This document shows, one piece after another, positions 1-14,197 of a stretch of 64,000 nucleotides of DNA. The stretch is taken from the NCBI GenBank assembly GCA_951406725.2, contig OX597817.1:10416001-10480000 (forward strand). Direction: 5' to 3'. The DNA is from Octopus vulgaris. Lineage: Eukaryota. The translations under genes were made by a program, and so were the position numbers. How positions within the stretch are numbered: position 1 is the first letter of the stretch; each line of letters opens with the position of its first letter. The notes beneath the pieces are model-generated. The model did not search any database. It was given only the letters and a program-made list of their open reading frames with translations, and was not told the DNA's origin.

Positions 1-354
1 GATAGATGGTGAAGATATAACCTCAAGGTACAAGGTGAGAGAGAATAAGGACAGAAAAACAAAAAGAGTGGATGGATAGGTTAGTTCACGAGACTGTAAA
101 AAGAATATGACATGATTAGGGATGGGAAATGAGGGGGAGGAAAACTTACTGGTACTACAAGGGCTAATAAAAATTAATAGATAAAAAAACGAATAATTAA
201 ATAGCAGGGCCACTCACCCTCAATGATAATAATAGCAAAATATAACCCCACTCTAAATCAAGGTTTCTAACAGAATAAGTAATAATTCACTGTTTGAACT
301 CTCACATATTCTCTTAATTTATGCTCTCATGTTGTTTATAATAGGAAGGGCATC

Positions 355-596
355 CACAAATTAGCAATGAATTCCAGATTCTGCCATCATACTGTGTGCA
401 TCTAAGACAAGTACATTTGCTTGCATCTCTGATATAGCCATATCTTTCGAGTGCGTTCATAGAATTGCCAGGCCAGAGACTATTGGAAATGTTACCTCAT
501 CCTTGACGTGAAAGTCCTTCAGGTCATACTGCTTAAACTATTACCATCGACATCCATATTCACTCTCAAGCCATTGCTGGTCAAACCCTTCTCTAG
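355..596 (-). repeat. About 240-bp direct duplicate of 1792-2034
   Basis: Colinear, high identity with scattered substitutions. Confidence 0.9.
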
Positions 597-1399
597 TCTT
601 GCATAATAGGAAGGGCATCCAACCATAAAAAACTGTCCCCAAAACAAATATGGCAATACAATAGCAAAGATTGATAATTTTTTTCTGTTGCTGTGTGTGC
701 CAGATAAAGGGAAGCAACAGATGGTGGGACAGTGTGAAGGCAATCGAAATAATACCTGTGTAGAAAAATAGATTTTATATAATGATGATGATATCTGAAA
801 TTGTAAATCCAATTAAATAATTAATGGTAATTGTTATTGCCATCAATTAACATCTGCTTTCCATGCTGGTGTAGGCTGGATGGATCACCACAGCCCAAGT
901 TTTCTTATTCAAAGTTACTAATCATCTGCAGAAGTCAAAGGATTGCATCTAACTCTTACATATCGCTTCTGATTTGATTTCCATAGCTGAAAGCCCTCCC
1001 TTATTACTAACAAATTTTCAAAATGTATTGGATACATTTTATCATGACACCAGCACTAACTTATAATATTAGTAATCATAATATTTATAGTACTGTTGTT
1101 ATAATCATAACGACAGTAATTGTCATATTATAGTGAACCCTTTTATAGACCACAAGGGCTTGTTATGTAAGGATCAGAACAAAAGCAAAAATCGAGGTCA
1201 AACCAAATACAAAGAATAGTGAGAGATTTATTTACTTCAAGTGAAAAGGATAGATCAGCAATAACAATAAAGGCACATTAAAAAATAAATAATACTGAAT
1301 AACAATAATGGTAATGTGCAATAAAAAAGAAAGAAAAGACCTACCAAATGGGAATGGAAAAGACAGCATAATTGATTTAGGACACCTCATGCACAAGCT

Positions 1400-2034
1400 C
1401 AGATTGTTGGGGCACACTTAAGACATGTGCCTTCTTCCAGTTCTTACCACCAACCTAAAAGCTCCCTAGTTAAAGCAGGCCCATTTAGCTGTGCTATTTT
1501 TACCAACTTTCATAAAACTTAATGGAGGGAAGTACCTTCTTCTCTACCCTTATATTCTTATTCATGTGGTACACGAAGTTGATGAGGGTTTCCCCTCAAA
1601 TCAAAAATCTTGTCTTCAAACCTTTCAACCACATCTTTCTTAAACTTTCTTCACCACAGCCCCCTAAACAGAGGAAGGCTACCCATTCTTCCTTGTCAAA
1701 GGAAGTTAGTAATCTGATCTTTCAGATTGACTTGGCTGAGAGCTGGATTACACTACACATAATAACTGTAATTATGTGAGGGACATAAATTCACAAATTA
1801 GCAATGAATCCCAGATTCTGTCATCATACTGTATGCATCTAAGACAAGTACAGTTGCTTGCATCTCTGATATAGCCATATCTATCGAGTGCGTTCTATAG
1901 AATTGCCAGGCTGGAGACTATTGGAAATGTGACCTCAACCTTGACTTGAAAGTCCTTCAGGTCATACTGCTTAAACTATTACCATCGACATCCACATTCA
2001 TTCTCAAGCCATTGTTGGTCATACCCTTCTCTAG
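1400..2034 (-). mobile_element. Decayed Tx1/L1-like LINE ORF2 C-terminus
   Basis: Fragments FQ*SPAWQFYR, TCLRC, QLSAKSI*KI, FLCLGAVVKK, GETLINFVYHMNKNIRVEKKVL. Confidence 0.5.
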
Positions 2035-3690
2035 GGAGGGGTTAGGCAATTATATTAACCCCAGTGTTTAATATTTGACTGAGACTTCATTCTATCAACA
2101 CTGAAAGGCAAAACTGACTTCAATAGCCATCGAACTCAGAAAGAACCAGAACAAATATTGTAAAGCACTTGGCCTGACTCTCTTATGATTTTACCAGTTT
2201 AATGATAACTGTTTCTAATGTAGAGACAAGCAATGTTAGGGGTTTAGTGAGCCAGCACCACAGAAAAAGCACCCATGGCAACATCATGTCATAATGTGAT
2301 AAAGTACCCATGCCAGTGCCATGTAGAAAGACACCCATATCAGCACCACATAAAAAAAGCACCCAGTACATTCTGTGAAGTGGTTGGCATTAGGAAGGGC
2401 ATCCAGTCATAGAAACCATGCCAAAACAGGACAATTAGGGTCTGGTGTAGCCCTCCAGCTTGCCAGCTCCTGTCAAACTGTTCAACCTGTGCCAGTATGG
2501 GAAACAGATGTTAAATGATGATGATGAGGAGGAAGAGGAGGAAGAAGAGCACAGAGGGATGAAAAGCAAAGTTGATCTCAGTATGATTTGAACTCAGAAG
2601 TGTTGGAACAAATCTTGCAAGACATTTTTCTGATACTGTAACAAGTGTTCCAGTCCCCTACCCTCAACCGTTTCTAATTCAGATACAAGGCCAGCAATTT
2701 TTGAGGAGAGGGTAGTTGATTAGATTGACTCCAGTACTTGGCTGGTACTTTATTTTATTAAACCTGAGAAGAAGAAAGGCAAAGTTGACCTTGATAGGAT
2801 TTGAACACAACATGTAAAGATCCACAACAACAGTTAGAAAGCATTTTTTCCTATGCTCTCGTAAGTCTTTTAAATAACCATCCTAGTCATTGCAAGCAAT
2901 TTAAGCACAAAGCCAGCAATTTTGCAGAAGACCTGAGTACATGACTGGTATTTGTTTTATTGAATTTGGGAAAATAAGAAGTAAAGTTAACCTCATTAAT
3001 ATTTGAACATAGTGTTAAGGGCTATAACTAAATACTGCAAGCAATTTGTGTGCAGCTCTGACAATTTTGCCAATTCACAGCCTTTAATAATATCAACAAT
3101 ATATTCATGAGAGTTATATCCATATTTAGACACCAGATATATCACTAGGTTAAACTTAAAACTGATAAATCTGACAATAATAGAACATAGAAGGAGAAAC
3201 TGAAAATTATGAGCTGAATTTCTAATGGAGAGCTTGCAAAAAGCCGCAAGGCTAATATATTTGCATTGAAAATGAGAAGAGAATTGGACTATTTTGATAG
3301 TGACAAAGTAAAACATAAATATGGAAATGGAGATGATCTAAATTCATAGCGCTGAATATATTTACATATATAATGAGATAGAGTTATTAAGATATGAATA
3401 CAATTACATATGTGCGTATGTGTTTTAGTGTCAATACAGTTGTTGGATCAAATTCCATTGACATGACACTTAAGAGCAGAGAAAGTAAATTCAATCATCA
3501 ATCTTTTTCCAGGAGAATTTATCATTGTTCATTTATTTTTGCTATCTTTTTATGTCGGGGAAGGGATAATAATAATATTAAGCCAGCATTAGATTATCCA
3601 TAAAATATTTATTGCATCCACATTTTTTCAGAGACATATACAAATGCACACATACATGCACACAGCTCTCCCTCTTTCTCTTTCTCTCCT

Positions 3691-3747
<57 letters not shown>

Positions 3748-3785
3748 CTATCTATCTATCTATCTATCTGTATATCTATCTATCT

Positions 3786-3831
<46 letters not shown>

Positions 3832-4300
3832 CCAAGGATTGAGGTGTATATATATGAGACTGAGACGTAAAGTGTTGTGTGTAACACAGGACATTCTAAC
3901 TAGACTAACCTGAAGCATATTTTCACAAAGTATTCACTGAATACTTAACAACAAACCAGAATATTCAGAAGTGTGACTTTGCCTTAAATATGTGTAGGAC
4001 AGAATAAACCAACATAAAATACATGTATACGAAAATATCCATTTAGCTCTCGTGCAAATCCTGTGTGGTTAAGAAGTTCTCTTTTCATCCATGTGGTTTC
4101 AGGTTTACTCTCACACTGCAAGTATTTTCATCCATAGCCCTAGACCAATTAATGCCTTGTTTGTAAATTTGGGAGACTACAATTGAATAGAACCACATCA
4201 TATGTTTGTGTATATGTGTGATTTTGTCTTTTGTTTTTTACTTGCCATTTGGCAACTTTTGTAACTTAGGAATTCAACAAAAAAATAAGCAATTGAATCA

Positions 4301-4583
4301 ATTCTGTTGTGTCTGGGGAGAGTCATTTTCTTTTTGTGCCTTATAATGTAATATACTCACCGGTAAAATTTCCACTTTTTTCTTATTTTTATTTTCCTAA
4401 AATTTTCATTGCGTCTTGCAACCTTTTCAGTAGTCTTGAGAGTCAAAACTATTGAAAAGATTGCAAGATGCAACAAAAATTTTAGGAAAATGAAAGTAAG
4501 AAAAAAAAGTGGAAATTTTACTGGTGAGTATGTTACATTATAAGGCACAAAAAGAAAATGACTCTCCCCAGACACAACAGAAT
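4301..4583. repeat. Long palindrome / foldback element, about 140-bp arms, 3-nt loop
   Basis: attctgttgtgtctggggagagtc... mirrored by ...gactctccccagacacaacagaat, centre at 4440-4442. Confidence 0.9.
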
Positions 4584-5250
4584 ATGCTTCAACACACGAC
4601 ACAAACTCATATAAAGAATCTTGCAAACCAAATCCAAAAACGAAATAATTGACTAAATCTTTGACCTGAAGTCTGTAGACACATTATGCCAGTGCTCTTC
4701 CTAGTCTTTGTGGTGTATAAGCAACTAAGAGCACAATGCTTCTCAATGAGCAGTACACTAGTTCATTGCAGGACTACTAAAAATATGTATCAGCTATTAC
4801 TGGTGCTTATTTTTTTTCTTTACTTGAGTGGACTAGAGCAACATGAAGTAAAGTGTTTTGCTCAAGAATACTATGTCTTATATTTGAAACCATGACTTTA
4901 CAATCATGAGTCCAGTACCCAAACTGCTGGGTTATGCGCTTCTATATAAGAATAAGTACCAGAATTAAAACAGAATAAGTACTGGGTCAGTTTAATTGAT
5001 TTAGTCCTTCAAGACAGTACTCCAGCATGGCACAGACCAAAATTAGTAAAAGAATAAAATAACACAGAAACAGGGAAACTTAGATAGAATCGGAAAGAAA
5101 CCTCAGCTTCAAAGATATCATCATCATCATCATCACTTAATGTTTATTGTCTATGCTGGCATAGATTGGATGGTGTGACCAGAGCTGGCACCAGACACCA
5201 GTCTGATTTAGCTTGGTTTCTATGGCTGGATGCCCTTCCTAATGCCAACC

Positions 5251-5483
5251 TATTTCTTTATTACCCACAAGGGGCTAAACATAGAGGGGACAAACAAGGA
5301 CAGACATGGGTATTAAGTCGATTACATCGACCCCAGTGCGTAACTGGTACTAAATTTATCGACCCCGAAAGGATGAAAGGCAAAGTCGACCTTGGCAGAA
5401 TTTGAACTAACAACGTAAAGGCAGACGAAATACCGCTAAGCATTTGGCCCGGTGTGCTAACGTTTCTGCCAGCTCGCCGCCTT
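5251..5483 (-). mobile_element. Full-length tRNA-derived SINE with Meta-type central domain, nested in an RTE tail
   Basis: Head aggcggcgagctggcagaaacgttagc; gtcgactttgcctttcatcctttcggggtcgataaa domain; 11-bp TSD taatgccaacc. Confidence 0.85.
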
Positions 5484-8149
5484 TAATGCCAACCACTTTA
5501 CAGAGCATGCTGGGTACCTTTACATGGTGCCACATGGGTGTTTTTACATGATGCTATACAGGCACTTTTATATGGCACAGTGCAGGCACTTTTACATGAC
5601 ACCACATGGGTGCTTTTACCTGTCCCTGCCATGAGTGCTTTACACCTCTAGCTCTAAATAGGAGAACTAGTCTCTGAGATGAAATCTTTGCTATGTCACA
5701 CCCACCAAAAGAAACCTCAATGATGATGAAACCTCACACTTGTAATGATCTTCGTTGTTCTAACTACAGCTGTCTATGTTTAGGAATGTCAGTAATGTTT
5801 TTGCAATGGGTATTGATTGTATCTGTGCAGTTAGAGACAAAATTGGTATGATTCCATTGAAGGATGTTTCCTAAATTTCTTTTCAAGAACTCAGTACATA
5901 TGTATGTGTGTGAATGTCAGGCATGGCAAAGTGGTTAAGCAGTTTTATTCACAATCTTGAAGTCCCAGGTTCAATACCACTGCACAGCATCTTGGGCAAA
6001 TGTTTATACCATAACCTTGCTATGTTGATAACATATCTTGTGAGTGAAATTGTATAGACACAGAGTGGAAACCTATCGACTGGACTGTATCTGTAATTAA
6101 AATGTCCAACATTATCATATGTAAGGTCGTGCTATTTTGGCTTAAGAATTATATTAAGAGTACACGTGCCTGTAGAATACCCAGCCATTTACTCATTAAC
6201 TTAACAAGTCAGATATTCACTTGATCAAACATTTGAATGTTCATTGTTATAACCAGTAGAGGATTCTTCATATCTATCTATTCTATCTTTCTTTCTCTCC
6301 TCTTTCTCTCCAATCTTATTTTCTTTTTGCATGATTCTATTCACTTTCATTTTAAAGGAACCTCTCTTCTTCATAACATTTTCTTGGACATATGTATGTA
6401 TGTATGTCTCCATTCACCATTATAAATAGTTACATATTAGAGCCAAAAAAAGAAAAAGAATAGAAATGAAAATGTGAATTAATATATCTTCAGTTTCATA
6501 GTCTTTTTGTTCTTAGATGTCCTCTATATTCTCTAATATTTAAGCTTTTCCCTGTAGAGTAGATCACAAAACTATTTTATCAATAAAGCAAAATGCAGTA
6601 CTTGACATCTGTTTCATTAGAACAATATCTATTGTACTATCAGTAATTGAACATGCTGTATACTTTATACACCCATCAATAATTCAACACCCATTCTACA
6701 AGCTATACAATTTTTGCCCCAAGCATACATCCTGAATACATTCTTTACAATCATCATTTCCTTCAGCAATTATCTCAAACTATGTTAACAAGAAAATCTT
6801 TTCTCTCTCCACCATCTGAAGATTTACACAAAGTGAAACATTTTATGGAAGAACAAAAATAAATAGAATTACACAAAAGATATTGTGCTGGATGCTAGAC
6901 TTTGATTTACATTATATTTCCATCTGCATCGGTCATGCAACAATGACAAACAGATTCACGTGAGTAATGGAAGCTGGCTATCTATTAAGATTATCAAAAA
7001 TGGTCCATTCTCCATGTTAATTCAAGCATCTCTCAGATCAAAGTAACTAATACAATATACTATTACCACCATACAGCATAGCATCAGTTCATTCACAATA
7101 CCTTTGATTTTGCATTTTAGATTAAGGTCCTCATTCAAAACTATCTTCTCTTGTTCTCTCATTTCTTCATCAGGTCATTTCTTTATTATTTTTTCTAATA
7201 CTTCCATGTCAATTATTACTTCTATTAGTGGAGAGCAATTTGGAGCGGAGGGTAATCACATAGATAGTCAAGTCCATAATTCAGTTTCAATTCCTAACTG
7301 GAGCTACTTCATTTCATTTATATTAGTGATGTTCTCATAATTCTGAACATTTCTGTCTTAGTATGAAATATATAGTTACTCAGATGGTATCTATCTATCT
7401 ATTTATCTGTCTGTTTGTCTATCTATCTTGTTCAAATTTACAGAGAACAAAAGATGAAGACATGTGTAGGAACAACAAGCAGGTGTATTAGTTTAACACT
7501 CAAGAAAAATGGAAAAGACTTTTATGTTTTGGGACTACACTCTTTGACAGAAAGTATTAAGAGGAAAACAAATTGAGTGAGAGATTAAAAAAAACAGAGG
7601 GAGAAAACTGTGCAGAGTTCAATAGTCCAGCATGGCAAAATGACAAGAAAAAAAGTGATTGAATGGATGGGAGATAATAATAATGTTAATGGTGACCCCA
7701 ACGAACTATGGTGCACAAGCATGTATGTGTATGTAAGAATGATGTATGAGAGTGCATATGTGTGAGTTTAACGTATGTGTGTGTGTCTTGTGTGTAGCAG
7801 TTGATGTATGCTTGTTCAGGTGGTGTATACACATTTATATGTGTCTGTAACCAAATAGTGTGTATAGTGTATGTTTGTGGGCAAAAGTTATCTTTATCTA
7901 TGCATGTTGCATGTGTGTGTATATATTGTCTGTGTTCAGGTATTATTTGCTTGTGTGGGTGTGTAATGTAGGTGCTGAGAAATGGTTGGTTCTAGTGTGT
8001 GTGGAGTGGGAAGGTGTTGTAGGTATGTGTGTAATAGTGTGTGAAGTGAGTAATGAGTTGAACAGGGTGTATGGGTCTTTGTATAGTGGTGTGCATGTGA
8101 TGAGGGTACCGAGGTAGAAAGTATGCAGGTGTGTAGATGGAGGGGACAG

Positions 8150-8445
<296 letters not shown>

Positions 8446-8638
8446 CTTTTTTACTTGTAGCAGTCATTTGACTGTGGCCATGCTGGAGCACTGCCTTTAG
8501 TTGAAGAAATCAACCCTAGGACTTATTCTTTGTAAGCCTAGTACTGATTGGTTTCTTTTGCCGAACTACTAAGTTACAGGGATGTAAACACATAAACATC
8601 AGTTGTCAAGTGACGGTGGGGTGAATAAACACAGACTC

Positions 8639-8681
<43 letters not shown>

Positions 8682-9499
8682 ACAGGCTTGCCTTTTTTCA
8701 GTTTCTGTCTACCAAATCTATGCAAAAGGCTTTGGTCGGCCTAAGGCTATTGTAGAAGACACTTGCTCAAGGGGCCAAGCAGTGGGACTGAATCCGGAAC
8801 CATGTGGTAGGGAAGCAAGCTTCTTACCACACAGCCTCTACATAGATACTTACGTATGCACGTACATACATATATGCATTACATACATACACCCATACTA
8901 CCTACCTACCTATCTACATACATACATACATACATACATACATACATACATACATACATACATACATACATACATACATACATAGGTACATACATACATA
9001 CATAGTTAGCTTGCAGTTTGCAGTTCTGTGTTTACTTCCTTATAAGGTATTGCTTAGAGAAGCAAGGGTTCTGGTAATCGATGTACTACCTAATACTTAA
9101 GTTTTCAGCTTTTCCCTGAAATTCAAAGATTTGACACTAAGACAGAAACGATACTCAGTTTTTCAAAATGCTTTTTTTGTCCGGATCTCTATAAAGTTTC
9201 TTGCTACTTTTGATATTTCTAAAGTGTGTCTACCAGTCATCATCATCATCAGCAGCAGCATCAACATTTTCCTGATTGCTTTAGTATTCATATTTCCATG
9301 CAAATATCAGTTAGATGCTTATGTAATATGGCATATCTCTATTTGTCTTGATTATATATTATCACATTAGAAATTCCTTCATAGTCAGATCTGATCTTGT
9401 CACTTCCACCACAGTCATCCAATCCTTTTAATCCATGATAAATCTATAATTAAGTTGAATACTGCCAGAATAACACATAATCTGTTCAGCAGTACAGCA

Positions 9500-9770
9500 T
9501 GATGATAGAATTTAAGCCCTGGTAAGCTGATATCATCAAGGAGAACAAATTCAAATGGGCTGGCCATATTGCATAACTGAAGGATAACAGATAGACAATC
9601 AGGATGACAGGATGGACACAAAAATAATGGACAAGATTAAGAGGCCAATCAAAGACAAGCTGGTGAGATAATCTCACCCACTAATTAGGACCTACATGGC
9701 CACAACTGGACAGAGATAGACAGCATTGGAAAGTGTCCAGGGCTGAGTTCTTCCTTCAAGAGTGATAAAA
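9500..9770 (+). mobile_element. Decayed RTE-type LINE C-terminal fragment (different family)
   Basis: IIKENKFKWAGHIA*LKDNR*TIRMTGW resembles the RTE KWAGHIAR..DNRWT motif. Confidence 0.65.
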
Positions 9771-9830
9771 CCCTGGAAGTGAAATAAAGCTGATACCATG
9801 GCCTCAGTATGATTCCAATTTTATTTCATA

Positions 9831-10228
9831 CTAGCAGTATCGCCTGGCGTTGCTCGGGTTTGTAAGGGAAATAACTATATAAGCATTTTTAGAGAGTTAT
9901 AGCCAAAAAATACCCAAAAAATGCATTAAAAATGGAAAAAAAATGATGGTAAATTTTTTTTAAAATCGTTGACTCATCGTAGACATTTTTAGAGAGTTAC
10001 TTCCCTTATATAATAGCGAAAAAATGCATTAAAATGGAAAAAAATGATGGTAAATTTTTTTTTAAATCGTAGACTCATTGTAGACACGCGCTAATACCCA
10101 GAAAGGCTCGATATGAATCACGACTATAAGATACCTGCTTTTGGTTAAACTGCACCGCAAAATGTGGGAGTAGTTAGGAATCTAAATCGTAGGAGACAGA
10201 CACACAACTTGACTTTTATATATAAAGA
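9831..10228 (-). mobile_element. Non-autonomous Helitron, copy 1
   Basis: Minus strand begins TC, ends CTAG, GC-rich subterminal hairpin, inserted between A and T, no TSD. Confidence 0.85.
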
Positions 10229-10927
10229 TATAATGAAATTCATAGAATGTCAGGATTCTCCAAAGAACCATTTGAAAGAGTAGATTTAAAGCTAGTCACA
10301 AGCACTGCAACATGTTCATAGCCAAGATAATTTTCAACAATTTCCTTCAAGCAAGTTCATTTAGGAATTTATGGGTGCCCCAGAGTAGATTACTTCAGTT
10401 GTAAATAGCAGCATGAATGTGATTTTGTTGAGTGTTTCACTTGCTCATGGTGATACTGAGTTCAATTCACTCCATAGAAAAAAATGTGCGCTTTAGGAGA
10501 ATAAAATCTGAGCATTAAGCTAATAACCCATTCTTTTTAACTATACCATTCTGCGAGGATTAGTGGTATAATACATGTCAAGGCTGCATTCATCAGAGGA
10601 CATTTTGTGAATTAAAAACATTGAATGTCATTGAATTCCTATACTTATTTTATTCCTTATCTATTGGAGAAGGAAATGTGGAAATGTTACTGGAATGTAT
10701 TTTTTCAGATATATGATGGCTAAATCTTAGCAAGCCAAGTATTAACATTAGGTTTAGGAGAAGTGAATTGTAATCTATCTGAGACTACAAAGTGTTACAA
10801 CTCACTTGATAGTTTTCTTTCATTGATGTATAACAGACAAATTCATTGACAAAATAAGTTGGAAATTCTACAAACACTCTGCTAACAAAGTGAAATTCTG
10901 ACAACTTTTAAATGTTTCACATCTCAG

Positions 10928-11013
10928 GCTATATAAAGGCCAAAAGGTATATCGAGAAGAAATCTGTCTAAATTTGGAAACTGCTTTTTGTACGTACGAC
11001 CAAGAACTGACAG
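10928..11013 (+). CDS. Possible upstream exon (86 nt, phase 2-1)
   Basis: tgtttcacatctcag| ... ACAG|gtattt; open frame LYKGQKVYREEICLNLETAFCTYDQELT; several CpGs; exit phase fits the exon at 47581. No recognised homology. Confidence 0.25.
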
Positions 11014-11084
11014 GTATTTGAAAGGAGAAATAAACTTGCTGTCATGTTCTTTATTTACAAGCATCGTTGTTGAAAAAGGCTTCT

Positions 11085-11111
11085 GTAACCGGCAACAGTA
11101 ACAGCCAATCA
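11085..11111. promoter_or_regulatory. Candidate RFX X-box (GTAACCGGCAAC) next to a CCAAT box (AGCCAATCA)
   Basis: Matches GTNRCC-RGYAAC and RRCCAATCA consensi, 6 bp apart, in unique sequence. Confidence 0.25.
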
Positions 11112-12559
11112 TCTTACAGATGTTGAACTAAATCAAATCAAATCTTTACTGTTCCTCCATCTTGTTATCAATAGATGTCGATGAGACAAGAGTAAAGTAC
11201 TACGAAATGGCAGTAGGTGGGGAGATGGGTAACATTGTTGAAAGTAGGTGAGGTTTAATTGAATAGGGACAAACCAACAGCAGATAAATTAATGGGGAAA
11301 AGGGAAATGATAAAGACTAAAGAAGAAAAAAAGTGCAACGAAAATAATTACAAATTAGAAAATTAGAAAAGTAGAAAAAGCACAATAATAATCCAAATAA
11401 AGAGGCAAAACTAATTATTGCCATTATGTATGTATGTATGTATGTATGTTTGTATGTATGTATGTATGTATGTATGCATGTATGTATGTATGTATGTATG
11501 TATGTATGTATGCATGTATATACACACACACACACACATGTTCTTTGTTGAAATTTTTTTTAGAATGTTCATATTCTCTCTAATGAAGATTTAAAGTGTG
11601 GAACTTGTTGAAATACACGTTATTTTCTACTTACCAAGCATTCATAGTATAGCAATTAGATTTTAATTACCTCGACTGCAATTTGCAAAAGGAGGCTTTC
11701 TTTGTATTCATCTAATACGCTTTTATAAGTGCTCTTCCATCAAGTTATTGTCCTTCTTAACAGGCAATAAGCTTACTCTCCATATAAGTTACAATTTTAC
11801 AATTCAATATAAAGTGTGTGGTGACAGGAATGTTTCAACATGAATGCAAAAAAAAATCTAAAATACTTTCTTTCAATATTGTATTTAATGTTGCTCCCTT
11901 ATTTCTTGATGAATAATTTGGGGCACAGAACAGGATTTGAAATCAACAATAGTAAACCAATGAAACACTTGTTAATTAAATTATGCAGTATTCATGTTGC
12001 TTGCCATTTTAGAAATAGCTACTAAATCATCTTTAAATTGCGTCTCACAACTTAGAAAAGGATAGAAGGCAATATTGAAAAATGTTACCCTAAATACATT
12101 ATATTTAATTAAAAAAGGAAAATACTTATTGTCATGGCTGGAATACTTTTGATCACAAGTCTACTTGATAAGAACTACTCTGAGTTTAGAGAAAAAAATC
12201 CACCCACCACAAGAGAATTGAGATCCTAAAGACAAGGTGCCATGTAAAAAGTGCTGGTGCCATGTGAAATACACTTCTGTGGGTACTGGTACCATATAAA
12301 AAGCATTGATGGTGGTACCATGTAAAAAAACATGTAGTACACTCTGTAAAGTGGTTGGCATTAAATAGGGCATCCAACTGTAGAAGCCAAGCCAAAAGCA
12401 AACTATGGAACCTGGTGCAGCCTTTGGCTTCACCAATTCCTATCAGTTTTGCACTGGGGTTGATATAGTTACTTAATCCCTTTGTCTGTCCTTGTTTGTC
12501 CCATCTGTGTTTAGCCACTTGTGGGCAATAAAGAAATATTATTAGTTTGTACTTTACAA

Positions 12560-13140
12560 CCTTTTCTAGTTTTTTGTCACTTAAGCATGCATCCCCAGGT
12601 ATTGCAATATCTATAATCTTGGTTTCCTCTTTACCTTAATCTACTGCAGCAATGTCAGGTCTCCAAGCAGTGATTAGGGAGTCACATTGGATTCTAAAAT
12701 CTCACAGTATCTTATATTCATTGTACTCAGTGACTCCTTCTGGTTCATGCACATACCATTTCCATGCTCTGTCCAGGCCACACTTTTCACATGGTCTCTG
12801 GTGAACAAACTTAGCCATGTTATTATCATGCCACCTTTTGTAGTGCTTTTGGACTAGCTTGCTGCATTTGCTCACAATATGTGAAATTGTATCATTTTTG
12901 CTGCTACACATCCCACAAAGGGGCAATTTGTAGCTCTTACCTACTTAGAACTTGGTGTAATTAGTTCTCACAGCTTGTTTCTGGGTGTTTCATATCAATG
13001 CCTCGGTGCATCTTTCCAGATAACTTTTTCTCAGCCATCTCCAAGTGTTGGTCCTGTCTTTTCTTCTGATTTCTCTGGGGAATTGCCCATGCAGTGATTT
13101 CATTTTTCAATTACTTATTCTTTCTTCTTTTCATTTTCCA
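12560..13140 (-). mobile_element. R4/Dong-clade LINE fragment (CCHC zinc knuckle plus restriction-like endonuclease)
   Basis: CGMCSSKNDTISHIVSKC..YKRWHD..HEPEGVTE..KIL*DFRIQCD..RPDI..IIDIAIPGD. Confidence 0.85.
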
Positions 13141-13174
13141 TTTGTATTATTATTATTATTATTATTTTATTATT

Positions 13175-13900
13175 GAGTGAGAGAGCAGTGCATGCCATCA
13201 AAGTGACACTGATGTAAAATATACGAAGCCCAGTATACCTATCATGACAACCCGTCTGATAAGGGTACACCAGGCACATGCATCACAACTATATGTGCAC
13301 GACATGGTGATCTCATATCAAGATAAAAAGCACATGACCTTGCAGGTGGGGCCCAGTTAGAATTTTCTTCTGGTCGAGTAACCCATCCCGCTCAAAAGGT
13401 CCCTGAATAAGGGTTGTTTAAGGATGTTGAATGAAACACCCATGTTTCCAGAGGTGAATTATTCAAATCCCAAAGAATCCCTCTCAACACATCACTATGA
13501 TGCTCCCCCACTACTTCTGCTTGTTATCAGAGATGCATATATCGTCAGCCACTAAGGGACATGCTCAACTGGTTAAGGTCAAACAACTGACAAGCAAATC
13601 TGTGGTATTGAGCAGAATATTTGCTGTAGCCCATCATTTATACCTATTTCTTTATTACCCACAAGGGGCTAAACATAGAGGGGACGAACAAGGACAGACA
13701 TAGGTTTTAAGTCGATTACATCGACCCAGTGCATAACTGGTACTTAATTTATCGACCCCGAAAGGATGAAAGGCAAAGTCGACCTCGGCGGAATTTGAAC
13801 TCAGAACGTAACGCAAAGACAAAACTTTGTACACAATAACACTTCCAATCAGTTAAGATCAGAAACCATGAGAGCCACTGCTTGGTACTGCATCACGGGA
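13175..13900. mobile_element. Unclassified non-coding element inserted in an (ATT)n array, interrupted by a MetaSINE (13645-13813)
   Basis: GC-richer block sharply bounded by (ATT)n on both sides. Confidence 0.45.
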
Positions 13901-13912
13901 TTTATTATTATA

Positions 13913-13968
<56 letters not shown>

Positions 13969-14138
13969 CATTTTGATTCTTTTTTTTTTTCTCATCTATG
14001 TTTCTTTTTTTTCTCATCTAAGTGAGTAGCCTTAGGTATAAGTAGCATCCTTCTTGCTTTTTCCATTCCTTTTAGTCAATCTAATCGTTGAGTACCCTTT
14101 GTAATATTCCTAGTAAACAAATTATTTTCAATAAGTCT

Positions 14139-14197
<59 letters not shown>

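Noticed and set aside
5770-5845. AG/GT-bounded 76-nt open frame LSMFRNVSNVFAMGIDCICAVRDKI
   Set aside because: No recognised homology or compositional contrast; expected by chance in 64 kb.
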